A stretch of DNA of 64,000 nucleotides from Octopus vulgaris (Eukaryota). How positions within the stretch are numbered: the first letter of the stretch is position 1; every line of letters begins with the position of its first letter. The translations under genes were made by a program, and so were the position numbers. This document shows positions 1-13,024 of the stretch, one piece after another. The stretch lies in the NCBI GenBank assembly GCA_951406725.2, contig OX597820.1, forward strand, positions 9,734,001 to 9,798,000, read 5' to 3'. Below the pieces are notes generated by a model, which saw nothing but the letters and a program-made list of their open reading frames with translations, did no database searches and had not been told where the DNA came from.

Positions 1-405
1 GATTAGCCAGAAACAGATCAATTCTATGCATGTTTCTCCAATACAACAAAGCAAGCAAGCTTGCTCGTGGGACTGATTAAAATGGAAACCGACGCTTTAA
101 ATGGCGAAAATCGTTGGTTTATTTCTTTGATATTGCTCTCGTTTCAATATGAAGTAAATGCTGATTTGAAAGTGGCGTTTTTCGGGAAGATAGAGTCTAG
201 ACGTATATGAAAAAAGTTATCTTTATTATCATAGTTATGGTTGCTTACATTCTGTTAAATGCTTGACTGCAATTTTCTCAACATGTCTTTAAAGATGTTG
301 GAATTTCTCAGAGGTCAGCACTGATGAATAATTATTATTTCACCTGAAAAAAAACAACAAACAAAACTGCTGCTTGAAATGGATCCCTTTGAGTGGTAAA
401 TACAT

Positions 406-945
406 GACTATGAGACGTTTTGGCATAGCCGTTTTGGTGGTGTCGCCTGTTTGGCGTCACTGATTCCACGCTGACTTATCGATATCAGACATTTTAATGC
501 TTCTCTCGTTCTCCCTCCCTGTTTATGTGTGTGAGCACATTTCTATTTATGTGAGTGAGGAGAGGAAAACTGTTTATGTCACTCATGTTCTATTAATTCA
601 CTGTAATGTCTCTCGCTCTCCTCTTTCTTGTTTATGTTTGTGAGCGTAATCCCTTTAAGTGTACGAGGAATGAGAAAGTGTTTATGTCAATCCTGTTTAA
701 TTAACAAATTGTAATCTATCTCTCACTCTCTCTCTTTCCCTCTGTGTATGTGTGTGATTATATTTCTCTTTAAGTGTTTGAGGAGAGGGAAAGTGTTTCC
801 GTTAATCATGTTTAATTAATAAATTGCAATCGCTCTCTCTCTCTTCTATCTCTCTTACTTTCACTTTCTCTATGTAAAAATATCAAAATAGGCTACATGT
901 CCGGTCACCAGTGACTAAACAGCTACGCCCAATCGTCTCATACTT
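406..945. mobile_element. Non-autonomous TIR DNA transposon (Mutator-like) with internal ~118-bp tandem repeats
   Basis: Imperfect TIRs tatgagacgttttggcatagccgttt / aaacagctacgcccaatcgtctcata. Possible 9-bp TSD taaatacat / tgaatatat. About three internal diverged units (ctctcgttctccctccctgtttatgtgtgtgag...). Confidence 0.6.
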
Positions 946-1366
946 TGAATATATGACAGCAAGACTATCTGTGTTTCTTGGCGATGGTCGTGGAACGTTC
1001 TTTTCAGCATCGCTGCGTATGTTTATTGTAACAATGCTGCATTGAGATTTCCTGTGTGCTTAGTAGTTTTTAAAATGTACTACGATAGGGAGTTTCCTAA
1101 CTCCCCGGAGGGAGAGATAGAGAGAAGCTGCACCAGCGTTTGGTTGCTAGTTGTTGCTGATATCTAAAGCATCATTTCATAGTTGCAGAAATTACTTTTA
1201 GGATATTCCAAAGACTACGCAAAATATACACGCGTTCTGTTTCCGTCTCAAGTTGAAAAATAATGTCAAAAGGGTTCTTTATTTGAATGGGTTTAATGTT
1301 TTTGTAAGTAAATCAGAAGAGACTCCTTACGTTGCTTTCGGGTGTGTCTTTCAGTTAAAGATTACA

Positions 1367-1645
1367 TTATTACCTCCCCCTTAGCGAAGGCGGAGGTATT
1401 GTTTTCAGTTGTATTTGCTTGTTTGTCTATGGAGAAGATATCTCAAGAACCGCTGGATGGATTCGGATAAAACTTTCAGGGATGTTTGGCCTCGTGACTG
1501 GCACGAACTGATTAGATTTTGGGATCGATCCGGTACCGGACAAGGATTTTGGATTATTCTTTATATTTACTTTATTTTGCATGAAGTATTACGATCTTAC
1601 ATTCTTTCAAGTCTTTCTCCGCTTATCGCCCTTGAAAGCAAGCTC
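1367..1645 (+). mobile_element. Truncated Helentron-associated (HINE/DINE-like) element, 5' part
   Basis: ttattacctccccc...aaggcggaggt 5' hairpin/subTIR followed by ttgtttgtct; breaks off at 1645. Confidence 0.6.
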
Positions 1646-1800
1646 AGAAACAGGAAGTAAGAGTGAGAGAAAGTTGTGGTGAAAGAGTACAGCAGGGATC
1701 ACCACCATCCCTGCCGGTGCCTCGTGGAGCTTTAGGTGTTTTCGCTCAATAAACACTCACACCGCCCGGTCTGGGAATCGAAACCGCGATCCTATGACCG
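1646..1800 (-). mobile_element. Fragment of tRNA-derived SINE family C
   Basis: Reverse complement of the body of the 61099-61325 SINE (B-box ggtttcgattccc; tttattgagcgaaaacacctaaagc). Confidence 0.85.
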
Positions 1801-1902
1801 AAACTGCCTTGTATTTGCCTTTAACAGTTGAAATATGTGACAAACATACTTCAACTAACCTAAATTGTGATTGTAAGTAAACACTGCTTAGCGACTTTAC
1901 TC

Positions 1903-1949
<47 letters not shown>

Positions 1950-1950
<1 letters not shown>

Positions 1951-2046
1951 TATAAGTTTAGAAGGAATACTTGATAAGTGTAAGCACCTGTATATGCCAG
2001 ATAGTGGCAGAGGTAAGAGAGAATATATCAAACATAAATTGAATTT

Positions 2047-2109
<63 letters not shown>

Positions 2110-3108
2110 ACAGGAGATATTAATTAGTAAGCAATAATAGGAAATTGCGGAGTCAGCAGTTGTAACGATAAAAATTTGTTGTTATAACGGTATATTGTAG
2201 GATGTGAAAGATGAACAATGCATGAAGTTTTAAGAAAGTATTTATTTACCGTTACTTTGAAAAAACCTTACCTCGACGGGTAAGTTATAACATCTGAGAG
2301 CATGCGAAAGAAAGTTATGTGGTAGAATTGTTTTTTGTATAGTTTTGTGTACACGCTCTTAGTAGTAATCCGCAGATAGCGATAGAAGGATGTTGTAAGA
2401 GAACAGAATTAGAGCTAGTGAGAGTTGTAGGGTTGTGGGACATTGTCTCACAGTTGCTGACAGAAAATTTCACTTCTCTCGCTGACCATTGTCTTTAGTA
2501 GTTGCATTCCTTGTGATCATGATTCTAGCAGTCCGTTCCCTGACTAATTGAGTTGTCACGAGCCGCCTCGCTCAGTTGTCACTAAGTGACAACTTAGGTT
2601 TTGCTTGGGGGTTCTTGCTTTTATAACTATCCAGGAGGATAGACATATCGTTGAGGACAATGGGATTCGTTGGTGGTACTGTGATATCTCTATTATAGCT
2701 TTTGGTGAAGTAGAAGAGGTTATGAGGGTCAAGTGGGGAAGACATTATTTCAGTTCAGCTAAAGGCAATCTGGCAAATGTAAAACTGCTGTCAGAGAAAA
2801 ACCATTGTTCCACCGTGAGAAAAGTTCTGTTGAACTGTTAATTTAAATTTGGCTAAGGTGGATCGAATCCACTTCATGCTTGCAAGATTCACTACATATA
2901 TATTGGAAAGAGGATTTGAAAATGCAGAGGTCTTTAAAGATGTTTATTGACTTGACCGGTTTCACTTTTTTAAGAAAAGATTATCAAGAGTAAAATGTAA
3001 AGCTTTGTGTAACGTTTGTTGTGTTAAAAATGGTTATCTTAGCTGTGTTAAAATACAGTTATAAAGTCTTTGATAATGATAAGAAAATGTTAAGAGGGGC
3101 TTTGTTTA

Positions 3109-3110
<2 letters not shown>
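1950..3110 (-). mobile_element. Possible decayed Penelope-like remnant between microsatellites
   Basis: Bounded by (TA)n and (TATG)n; carries a minus-strand hammerhead-like motif at 2951-2990. No convincing protein motif. Confidence 0.3.
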
Positions 3111-3141
<31 letters not shown>

Positions 3142-3253
3142 TGTATGTATGTATGTATGTATGTATGTATGAGTATATACATGTATATGGTTGGTATATT
3201 TGTAGACAAGACAGTTGTAGACAAGACATAAATGTCAGAAATAATATCCATTA

Positions 3254-3494
3254 CAGTAATCCCCTGACTATCGCGGTGTTACGTTCCAACCCCGCCCTCC
3301 CGCAATAAATGAAAATCCGCGAAGTAGAAATAGTACTTTACTGTATATTTAAAAAGAATTATTTTTATAATTTGTATATATTCATTTTATTATAAATGCA
3401 AAACACCACCACGGAGGAATCGATTTGAGCTTAAATAATAAACCGCGATAGGTGAATTGCGATAGGTGAACCGCGATATGGCGAGGAATTGCTG
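3254..3494. mobile_element. Tigger/pogo-like MITE
   Basis: ta|cagtaatcccctgactatcgcgg ... ccgcgatatggcgaggaattgctg|ta: CAG-start TIRs with TA target duplication. Confidence 0.75.
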
Positions 3495-3647
3495 TATTTA
3501 GTAGACCGTAGTTTTGATGTACAGGCCTCGGTTCGCTTCCACTGCACCGCTCTACGCCACAAGTGATTAAACAAATATATAATGTATTATTTCCTATGTT
3601 GTCTGTTCTGGGTTACATTACTTCTGTTACAGCATCTATCATATGTC

Positions 3648-3736
<89 letters not shown>

Positions 3737-3744
3737 CCTACTTT

Positions 3745-3780
<36 letters not shown>

Positions 3781-3785
3781 ATCCA

Positions 3786-3856
<71 letters not shown>

Positions 3857-3885
3857 CATCCATCCATCCATCCATCCATCCATCC

Positions 3886-3981
<96 letters not shown>
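3648..3981. repeat. (ATCT)n/(ATCC)n tetranucleotide array
   Basis: Directly visible; explains the YLSI ORFs. Confidence 0.98.
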
Positions 3982-4221
3982 GCCTATATATATATGTATG
4001 TCTACTTATCTATTTATTTTTCTATGCATTGCACTGTGTCACATGTATGAAATATCGCAACGACACAAATACACGCTGCAGCACGGGATCTTAATTTACT
4101 GACTGAAAGATGATATTCCGATATTCCGATATTCCGATATTCCGAGCCACTTCTGATAAATCACATGCATAGGCCTTTGTGTGGCAAATTTTTATGGGTG
4201 TCTCTTCATTTTCCATTCTCA

Positions 4222-5864
4222 GATTAGCCAGAAACAGATCAATTCTATGCATGTTTCTCCAATACAACAAAGCAAGCAAGCTTGCTCGTGGGACTGATTA
4301 AAATGGAAACCGACGCTTTAAATGGCGAAAATCGTTGGTTTATTTCTTTGATATTGCTCTCGTTTCAATATGAAGTAAATGCTGATTTGAAAGTGGCGTT
4401 TTTCGGGAAGATAGAGTCTAGACGTATATGAAAAAAGTTATCTTTATTATCATAGTTATGGTTGCTTACATTCTGTTAAATGCTTGACTGCAATTTTCTC
4501 AACATGTCTTTAAAGATGTTGGAATTTCTCAGAGGTCAGCACTGATGAATAATTATTATTTCACCTGAAAAAAAACAACAAACAAAACTGCTGCTTGAAA
4601 TGGATCCCTTTGAGTGGTAAATACATGACTATGAGACGTTTTGGCATAGCCGTTTTGGTGTCGCCTGTTTGGCGTCACTGATTCCACGCTGACTTATCGA
4701 TATCAGACATTTTAATGCTTCTCTCGTTCTCCCTCCCTGTTTATGTGTGTGAGCACATTTCTATTTATGTGAGTGCGGAGAGGAAAACTGTTTATGTCAC
4801 TCATGTTCTATTAATTCACTGTAATGTCTCTCGCTCTCCTCTTTCTTGTTTATGTTTGTGAGCGTAATCCCCTTTAAGTGTACGAGGAATGAGAAAGTGT
4901 TTATGTCAATCCTGTTTAATTAACAAATTGTAATCTATCTCTCACTCTCTCTCTTTCCCTCTGTGTATGTGTGTGATTATATTTCTCTTTAAGTGTTTGA
5001 GGAGAAGGAAAGTGTTCACGTTAATCATGTTTAATTAATAAATTGCAATCGCTCTCTCTCTCTTCTATCTCTCTTACTTTCACTATCTCTATGTAAAAAT
5101 ACCAAAATAGGCTACATGTCCGGTCACCAGTGACTAAACAGCTACGCCCAATCGTCTCATACTTTGAATATATGACAGCAAGACTATCTGTGTTTCTTGG
5201 CGATGGTCGTGGAACGTTCTTTTCAGCATCGCTGCGTATGTTTATTGTAACAATGCTGCATTGAGATTTCCTGTGTGCTTAGTAGTTTTAAAAATGTACT
5301 ACGATAGGGAGTTTCCTAACTCCCCGGAAGGAGAGATAGAGAGAAGCTGCACCAGCGTTTGGTTGCTAGTTGTTGCTGATATCTAAAGCATCATTTCATA
5401 GTTGCAGAAATTACTTTTAGGATATTCGAAACACTACGCAAAATATACATGTGTTCTGTTTCCGTCTCAAGTTGAAAAATAATGTCAAAAGGGTTCTTTA
5501 TTTGAATGGGTTTAATGTTTTTGTAAGTAAATCAGAAGAGACTCCTTACGTTGCTTTCGGGTGTGTCTTTCAGTTAAAGATTACATTATTACCTCCCCCT
5601 TAGCGAAGGCGGAGGTATTGTTTTCAGTTGTATTTGCTTGTTTGTCTATGGAGAAGATATCTCAAGAACCGCTGGATGGATTCGGATAAAACTTTCAGGG
5701 ATGTTTGGCCTCGTGACTGGCACGAACTGATTAGATTTTGGGATCGATCTGGTACCGGACAAGGATTTTGGATTATTCTTTATATTTACTTTATTTTGCA
5801 TGAAGAATTACGATCTTACATTCTTTCAAGTCTTTCTCTGCTTATCTCCCTTGAAAGCAAGCTC
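4222..5864 (+). repeat. Segmental duplicate, copy 2
   Basis: Near-identical to 1-1645 at an offset of about 4.22 kb. Confidence 0.97.
4627..5164. mobile_element. Duplicate copy of the Mutator-like MITE
   Basis: Same TIRs and flanks as 406-945, inside the duplication. Confidence 0.6.
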
Positions 5865-6626
5865 ATGGCTTCCACGTAAGCTATGGTGACGTTGCTGTTT
5901 CCAAAGATTTGTTTTCGTTTCTCTTTTATTAATTTTACACTCGTCTCTCGAATTACATAAACAAAAGACAGCAAAACCGTTCAGAAATTAAATAACATTA
6001 ACATATTCAGTAACAATAATAAATTTAATTTATCCTCGACAATTTTTAGTTTTACCAATTTTGAATATATCGCTCCTGTTTAAAACCTCTTCCCTACTTG
6101 ACAATTGCATTTCTTGCTCTGCCTTGAAGAAAGCTTTACATCTCGGACTCACGATTTTGTGTGCAACGATGTTGTTAAACCTCCGTTAACAGCACCGTAT
6201 GTAGGTCCTTTCCGTCTTCCTTCACGCACGCATAAATTTTTCACTATAGACCTTAATGGTCGTAAAGACACTATATCAGTGGATAGACTAAAAAAGACCT
6301 TCATAGAAAAAACTGTCCCTGTTCCCACAGCAGAAAACACACACGCAGTACCAGCATGGTAATTACAAACACGACCCGCATACCCACCTTCACAGTCCAT
6401 GACTACCATTGGGATCAATCCGGTACAGGACAAGGATTGTGGATTGCTTTTCCTTTTTATTTTTACTTAATTTTTGAGAGCGCTCGGGTTCATTTTAAGC
6501 ATTCTCGTTTGTGAGGGAGGTCGAGTTTATTTCAGATATTCTCATTCTAAAATCATCTCCGGCTAATTGTTGAGAGGACGTTGGTGTTGCCTTGGTGGAG
6601 GTTTGCACTCTCTGAGTGCTCTTGTT
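5586..6626 (+). mobile_element. Full-length Helentron-associated non-autonomous element (HINE/DINE-like)
   Basis: 5' ttattacctcc...ggcggaggt; 3' ccttggtggaggt subTIR followed by the gcactc-tct-gagtgc hairpin and cttgtttt. Internal direct repeat gggatc(g/a)atc(c/t)ggtac(c/a)ggacaaggatt at about 5740 and 6411. Confidence 0.7.
6105..6330 (+). pseudogene. Ty3/Gypsy integrase C-terminal (GPY/F) fragment
   Basis: THDFVCNDVVKPPLTAPYVGPFR...KFFTIDLNGRKDTISVDRLK matches the LxPPYxGPF...VSxDRLK tail of Gypsy integrases. Confidence 0.8.
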
Positions 6627-6684
6627 TTATTTGGTTTGCAAGATTTTTGATGTGAACTCATATACTGAAACAGATTGGTTTGTT

Positions 6685-7061
6685 ATCTCGGTAGGGTCGT
6701 TGTACCAATAATGATAAACACACCCACTGGTTCTGTTTCACTTCTTTTATTATTATTAGTCAATTTGTTAACATTTACTCAATTAAATAGTCAATTGATT
6801 GATTAAGCATTGTGCGAGTCAATCAATCAGATGTTTGAGAGTCCTTCATTGCTATCCACGATCTTTTGGCATCATCGATGAGGTTGCCAATAGAAACGAA
6901 AGAATTTTGAACAAATTCAGCTGATTGACTGACCGAGTGATTACTCAAACAATCGATTAGTTAATTGGTTGAATGTTAACGAATTAACTAATAATAAAAG
7001 AAGTGAAAGAGAACCAGTGTGTATATGTATTCTTCGCATAGTGACTCTCCCGAAATACAAC
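6685..7061. mobile_element. Long-TIR MITE / foldback element
   Basis: cactggttctgtttcacttcttttattatt...ttaacatt (6726-) is inverted relative to aatgttaacgaattaactaataataaaagaagtgaaagagaaccagtg (-7019). Outer edges approximate. Confidence 0.65.
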
Positions 7062-7180
7062 ACTTTCAGATGTTGTTTTTAAAATTTGTTCTTCAATTTT
7101 ATTTTCAAAGCTGATGTCCTCTGGGAGTTTCTTTCATGGTGTCTTTCCACTGCCTTTGTCGACGCACCATGCTCGTGCCC

Positions 7181-7397
7181 CAAGGCGGTGAGCTGGCGGA
7201 AACGCTAGCACGCCGGACGAAATGCTTAACGGTATTTCGTCTGTCTTTACGTTCTGAGTTCAAATTCCGCCAAGGTCGACTTTGCCTTTCATCCTTTCGG
7301 GGTTGATAAATTAAATACCAGTTGCATACTGGGGTCGATCTAATCGACTGGTACCTTGTCCCAAAATTTTGGGCCTTGTGCCTAGAGTAGAAAAGAA
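7181..7397 (+). mobile_element. SINE family B
   Basis: aaggcggtgagctggcggaaacg head, B-box gagttcaaattcc, core gactttgcctttcatcctttcggggt, tail cctagagtagaaaag. Confidence 0.9.
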
Positions 7398-7617
7398 CAT
7401 TCTCGTGCCCCTTTACTGATCGACGTCTCACACAGCGTGAACGTTTCTTTGTGTATTATGTCTGCGACAACAGATGATGTCATGAGGATAAATCTGTTAA
7501 ATGGCCAAACTTATCCTTTACTAGAAGCAAGGGTTTCGCTTTCAAATGATGAATTATAAAATAAATTTCTCGAAAGGGCTGGTTAGGGACTTTGGTGTTA
7601 TCTTTTTAAAGTAATCT

Positions 7618-8215
7618 TTTATCTTTTATCTGTTTTAGTCATTGGACTGTGGCCATGCTGGGGCAGTGCCTTGATAGGCGGCGAGCTGGCAGAAACGTTA
7701 GCACGCCAGGCGAAATGATTAGCGGTATTTCGTCTGTCGTTACGTTCTGAGTTCAAATTCCACCGAGGTTGACTTTGCCTTTCATCTTTTCGGGGTCGAT
7801 TAAATAAGCACCAGTTACGCACTGGGGTCGATATAATCGACTTAATATGTTTGTCTGTCCTTGTTTGTCCTCTCTGTGTTTAGCCCCTTGTGGTTAGTAA
7901 AGAAATAGGTATCAGTCAAACAAATCGATCTCAATATTTATTTTAAAGTCTGGTAGTTACTCTATAGATCTCTTTTGCCGAACCGGTGATTGGGATGTTA
8001 ACAAACCAGCACTGGTTGTCAAATGGTAGCAGGAGGACAAACACAAGGATACCTTTCCACACAAATATGACGGGTTTCCACATAGTTTCCGTCTACAAAT
8101 CTACTCTGAAGGCATTAGTCAGTTCAGAGTTAAAGCAGAAGACAATTGCCCAAACTGCAGCGCACTGGGATTGAACTAGTAACCATGCGGTTACAGAGTG
8201 AATTTCTTAACTACT
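7618..8215 (-). mobile_element. Old SINE family A copy interrupted by a family B SINE (7676-7908, +)
   Basis: Family A tail at 7618-7672 resumes after the B insert and runs to the head near 8215. Confidence 0.75.
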
Positions 8216-8388
8216 TACACCTCTTAAGCATGCCATGAAGTTGTTCTTAAAGTGGATCTGAACTCATAATCTATTTGCTATAAACAATATATTTCTTGTA
8301 AATCCAATGGTTTATTGAACGAGTGAGACAACTTGAATAAGCCGCCAGGTAAAACCTAAAGTCTCAGTAAAATGGATTTTATAATAAA

Positions 8389-8781
8389 CTAGCAGCATGG
8401 CCCAGCGCTGCTCGGGTTTCTTTTCTTTTCGACCATTTAGAATTGGAATTTTTGAAAAGTAAAAGTTTTGCATTATGTAGCTTGTTGTTCTCTTTAAGTG
8501 AACATTTTTCTTGTTGAAATACACCGAAAAATGGCGATACAGCAGTCAAAAATCGTAAAAAATAGGGATTTTCATAGAAAAAAAGCACCTTTTTGATGTA
8601 AATAATTTTTGGTGTTAACATGGTCCGATTTGAATTTTTCTTCTACGGAATGAAAAGCAAGCCTTCTTCTATCATACTCTCAATTTTGGTCAACTTGCGC
8701 CTCAAGGTCTCGGAGAAGATAGTGTTAATGAAGGCTACCAAACCTGCCATACACAGACAACTTCAGCTTTATATATAAAGA
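8389..8781 (-). mobile_element. Non-autonomous Helitron
   Basis: On the minus strand starts a|TCTTTATATATAAAG and ends cccgagcagcgctgggcc...CTAG|t. Shares termini with 33941, 43691 and 45180. Confidence 0.8.
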
Positions 8782-9223
8782 TTTGAATCTATTCTCAGCA
8801 TTAATTGCTCGCATTTGATCACTAAACGTTCCGTTGTTATTCTTAAACTTGTTACAAGGCAATAACCTCAACTCATACATATAAACACACACGCACACAA
8901 TTCTATTGAAGGTTGTTTCACTTGCATACACAACTCACTTTTGGTCCTGCAATAAGATTAGTCATAATTCTGTTTCTTTCTACATTAGGCACAACGCCTG
9001 CAATTGTGTGTGTGTGTGTTGTATGTGTGTGTGTGTGTGTGTGGGGGGTCTAGTCAATTATATCAACCTCAGTGCGCAACTGCTGCATATTTTATTGACT
9101 CCGAAAGGATGCAAGGCAAAGTCGATCTCTGTGGAGTTCGAACTCAGAACGTAATGAGCCGGAAGAAATGCCATTCAGCATTTTGTCCGACGTTCTAAAG
9201 ATTCTGTCAGCGCGTTGTTTTAA

Positions 9224-9627
9224 TCTTTTACTCTTTTACTTGTTTCAGTCATTTAACTGCGGCCATGCTGGAGCACCGCCTTTAGTCGAGAAAATCGACG
9301 CCAGGACTTATTCTTTGTTAGCCTAGTACTTATTCTATCGGCATCTTTTGCCGAACCGCTATGTTACGGGGACGTAAACACACCACCATCGGTTGTCAAG
9401 CATTGCCGGGGGGGGGGGGGGCACAAACACAAACATATAAACACACTCACATACATGCATACATATATATATGACGGGCTTCTTTCAGTTTCCGTCTACC
9501 AAATCCATTCACAAGGCTTTGGTGGACCCGAGGCTATAGTAGAAGACACTAGCCCAAGGTGCCACGCAGTGGGACTGAACCCGGAACCATGTGGTTGGTA
9601 AGAAAGCTACTTACCACACAGCCACTC
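9224..9627 (-). mobile_element. SINE family A (tRNA head, internal microsatellite, stem-loop tail)
   Basis: Head gagtggctgtgtggtaag...ggttcagtccc; tail gcagttaaatgactgaaacaagtaaaagagtaaaaga. Confidence 0.92.
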
Positions 9628-9754
9628 TTAAGCCTAGGTTTAGGAATAATTCTTTCAAGTATCGATATGGCATTAATAATTACTTGCTTTAGGAAGCAAG
9701 GATTTGGAGAAAGAGTGGGCAAAAGATTAAGATGTGGCATTATTGCGGTTCCGT

Positions 9755-9975
9755 GGAGCGGTGAGCTGGCAGAATCGTTAACACGCCGGACAAGAGGCTC
9801 AGCGGCATTTCGTCCGTCCTCACGTTCGGAGCTCAAATGCCGCCAAGGTCGACTTTACCTTTCATCCTTTTGGGGTGGATAAAATAAGTACCACTTGAGC
9901 ACTGGGACTAATGTAATGGACTTGGCACCTCGCCACCGAAGCTTCTGGCCTTTTGGCAAAATTCGAAACCATTAT
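9755..9975 (+). mobile_element. SINE family B, diverged (another diverged minus copy at about 9045-9210)
   Basis: gcggtgagctggcagaatcgtt head and ctttcatccttttggggt core. Confidence 0.8.
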
Positions 9976-10552
9976 TGGTAACTTTCGGAAGTAAGAAAAA
10001 AAGGGGCAAAGAATCGAGTGATTATTTCCTTCTGTGAAGGAATTCGTTCGAAACATTTAGATTTTTATGTTTTTGCTCTCTTGTACTTTTCATGTTCTCA
10101 CTGTCCTGTTCTTGTTACCACTTTCACCCTCCGCAAAAAATCCCAAATTTTATTTAATTTGCTTTGCGGGAAGGACAGTTTCAACGAAGTCGCGTCTTGT
10201 CCTTGCCTTCGTAATGCTGAGTAGATGTGATAGGGACAACTGAAGAAGGGGAATATTCTTTCGAAAAAAAGTTCGTTTCTATGTTTTGTTTTTATGTTTT
10301 CGTTTCTCATTGTGTTCAACGTTTTTTTGATGTCCTGTACCCATATATGCATGTATATATACATATAGTTGTAGGTATGTACATATATGTATGTATATAT
10401 GCATATATTTATATATTATTTATATTATCATATAGCCAGTACTCTTCCATAATTTCTACAGAAAATCTGTGGAGATTAACAAGTGATGTAATAGCACTGC
10501 TAACACAGGAAGACACTGTTTTGACTTACTGAAATGTTTAATATATTTTGTA

Positions 10553-10866
10553 GTATTTCGCCTGTCTTTACGTTCTGAGTTCAAATTCCGCCGAGGTCGA
10601 CTTTGCCTTTCATCCTTTCGAGGTCGATAAATTAAGCACCAGTTGCGTACTGGGGTCGATCTAATCGACTGGCCCCCCATCCCCCAAAATTTCGGGCCTT
10701 GTGCCTAGAATCGAAAAGATTATAATTTAAGTTCAAATTCCGCTGAGGTCGACTTTGCCGTTCATCCTTTCGAGGTCGATAAATTAAGTACCAGTTACGT
10801 ACGGGGGTCGATCTAATCGACTGGTCCCCTCCTCCCAAATTTCGGGCCTTGTGCCTAGAGTAGAAA
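10553..10866 (+). mobile_element. Two tandem 5'-truncated SINE family B copies
   Basis: gttcaaattccg...gggccttgtgcctaga occurs twice (10553-10718 and 10730-10866). Confidence 0.88.
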
Positions 10867-11253
10867 CGAATATATTTTGTAGTATAATATGGTTGGCTAA
10901 CGAAATACTGTTCCCTACTGGCCATTAAAAAGAAAAGGTAGTTCCTGCATATCACTGTCTCGATCCTTAGGGTTCATAGGGCTGCGTACCCGGTTTCCAT
11001 GGGGTAAAGCTGATCGAGATCCCAATATTCAACTTCAACGGAAGTTAGTCATTTACATTAGAGCAACGTAAAAGGAAGTATTTTGTTCAAGAACGCAACG
11101 CATTGCTCGATCCGGGAGTCGAAACTACGACCTTTCGATCGTGAGCGCAGCAACCTACTCTCCTTCACATTCATGTGGAACTAGAAAACTCTTGAAGCAG
11201 GATTGAAAATGGGAAAAAAAACATTGTTTTACCTAGTTCACTAACAGAACGAT

Positions 11254-11465
11254 GTGGGAGTAGTAGTAATAGTATTAGTAGTGGTGGTGGCATTAATAGA
11301 AGTGGTGGTAGACGTAGTTGTAGTGGTGTTGGAAGTAGTAGTTGTAGTAGTGGTAGTGGTGGTTGTAGTAGTATTAGTAGTAGTTGTCGTAGTGACATCA
11401 TCATCACCACCATCATCATTATCATCATCATCATCATCATCATCATTATCATCATCGTCATCATC

Positions 11466-11497
<32 letters not shown>

Positions 11498-11588
11498 CGT
11501 CGTCATCATCATCGTCATTATCATCATCACCATCATCATCATCATCATCGTCGTCATCATCATCGTCATTATCATCGTTATCATCATT

Positions 11589-11677
<89 letters not shown>

Positions 11678-11684
11678 CAACACA
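11254..11684. repeat. Compound trinucleotide array (GTA/GTG)n-(TCA/TCG)n-(GCA)n
   Basis: Directly visible. Confidence 0.95.
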
Positions 11685-12060
11685 GTAAGAGTGGTCTTAT
11701 TTTATATTTAGTATTGAAACCGTGTCAAAAATGATCCTCGGGGAGTTGTTGTTTTGTGATGGACGCTTTTAGCTTTTTATTTTTACTTTAGTTTTTATTT
11801 TTATTATTATTTATTTATTCTTGTTAAGCCTGGATTCTGAATTTATTTATTCATACTGCGTAAATATTCCGAATTCAATAGATACGTGAGGATGTGCGTC
11901 GATGTGCGTGTGTGTGTGTGTGTGTGTGTGTATGCGTGCGTGCGTGTGTGTATGTGTACACACACACACACACTTATATATATATATACACACATAGATA
12001 CATATATATACACATATATGCAAATACATGCATAGATACACACACATATATACATATATG

Positions 12061-12123
<63 letters not shown>

Positions 12124-12648
12124 CATATGTATATGCATATATATATATATTATTCATATGTATACATATATACATATATACATATATATATACACACACA
12201 CAAATTTTACCTTTAAAGGCATTTTTTGATATGCTGGCCATTGATAAAAATTTTTCCCGAAAAAAATTTTATCCTATATATTAATTATAAATAGATTAGT
12301 GTTCATTTCCGGATTCTATCACTCTGTGAAAGTTTCTAGTTCGAATCACACGTGTCTCGAGGTGCGCCGAAGATTTTTCTAATTTGGATAAGTCTGCTCA
12401 GGACTGAGTGCTTGCTTTTTCCATGGGTATGAGTAAGTATTTCATTTATATCTCGCGTATGTGCCGCTGAAGAGGGGAAAATTTCTTGTGAATTAACCCC
12501 GAAATTGGACCAATACGGTAATAACGAATTTTTTGAGATTTCTATCGGTTTATTTCGAGACGCATAAATTTTAATGGTTATCGACAATTTTTTTGTTTCG
12601 GCATATTTGGCATTATAATTTTTCTTCTGCCCTTATCTTGTAAATTAT

Positions 12649-12715
<67 letters not shown>

Positions 12716-12722
12716 CATATAT

Positions 12723-13024
12723 AGGCGCAGGAGTGGCTGTGTGGTAAGTAGCTTGCTTACCAACCACATGGTTCCAGGTTCAGTCCCACTGCGTGGCGCC
12801 TTGGGCAATTGTCTTCTTCTATAGCATCGGGCCGACCAAAGCCTTGTGAGTGGATTTGGTAGACGGAAACTGAAAGAAGCCCGTCGTGTATATGTATATA
12901 TATGTGTGTGTATATGTTTATGTGTTTGTGGTTGTCCTCTCAACATCACTTGATAACCGATGCTGGTGTGTTTACGTCCCCGTAACTTAGCGGTTTGGCA
13001 AAAAAGACCGATAGAAGGCTTACA

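Larger units (their letters stand above)
1..1645 (+). repeat. Segmental duplicate, copy 1 (may extend left of the window)
   Basis: Colinear with 4222-5864 from gattagccagaaacag to cttgaaagcaagctc, with only scattered substitutions and small indels. Confidence 0.97.

Noticed and set aside
1409-1660. Duplicated 83-aa ORF (also 5628-5879) as a small gene pair
   Set aside because: TTG-start ORF inside a non-autonomous Helentron-like element; repeated only because of the segmental duplication.
11171-11688. Poly-V/S/A and poly-L/M ORFs
   Set aside because: Compound trinucleotide microsatellite.
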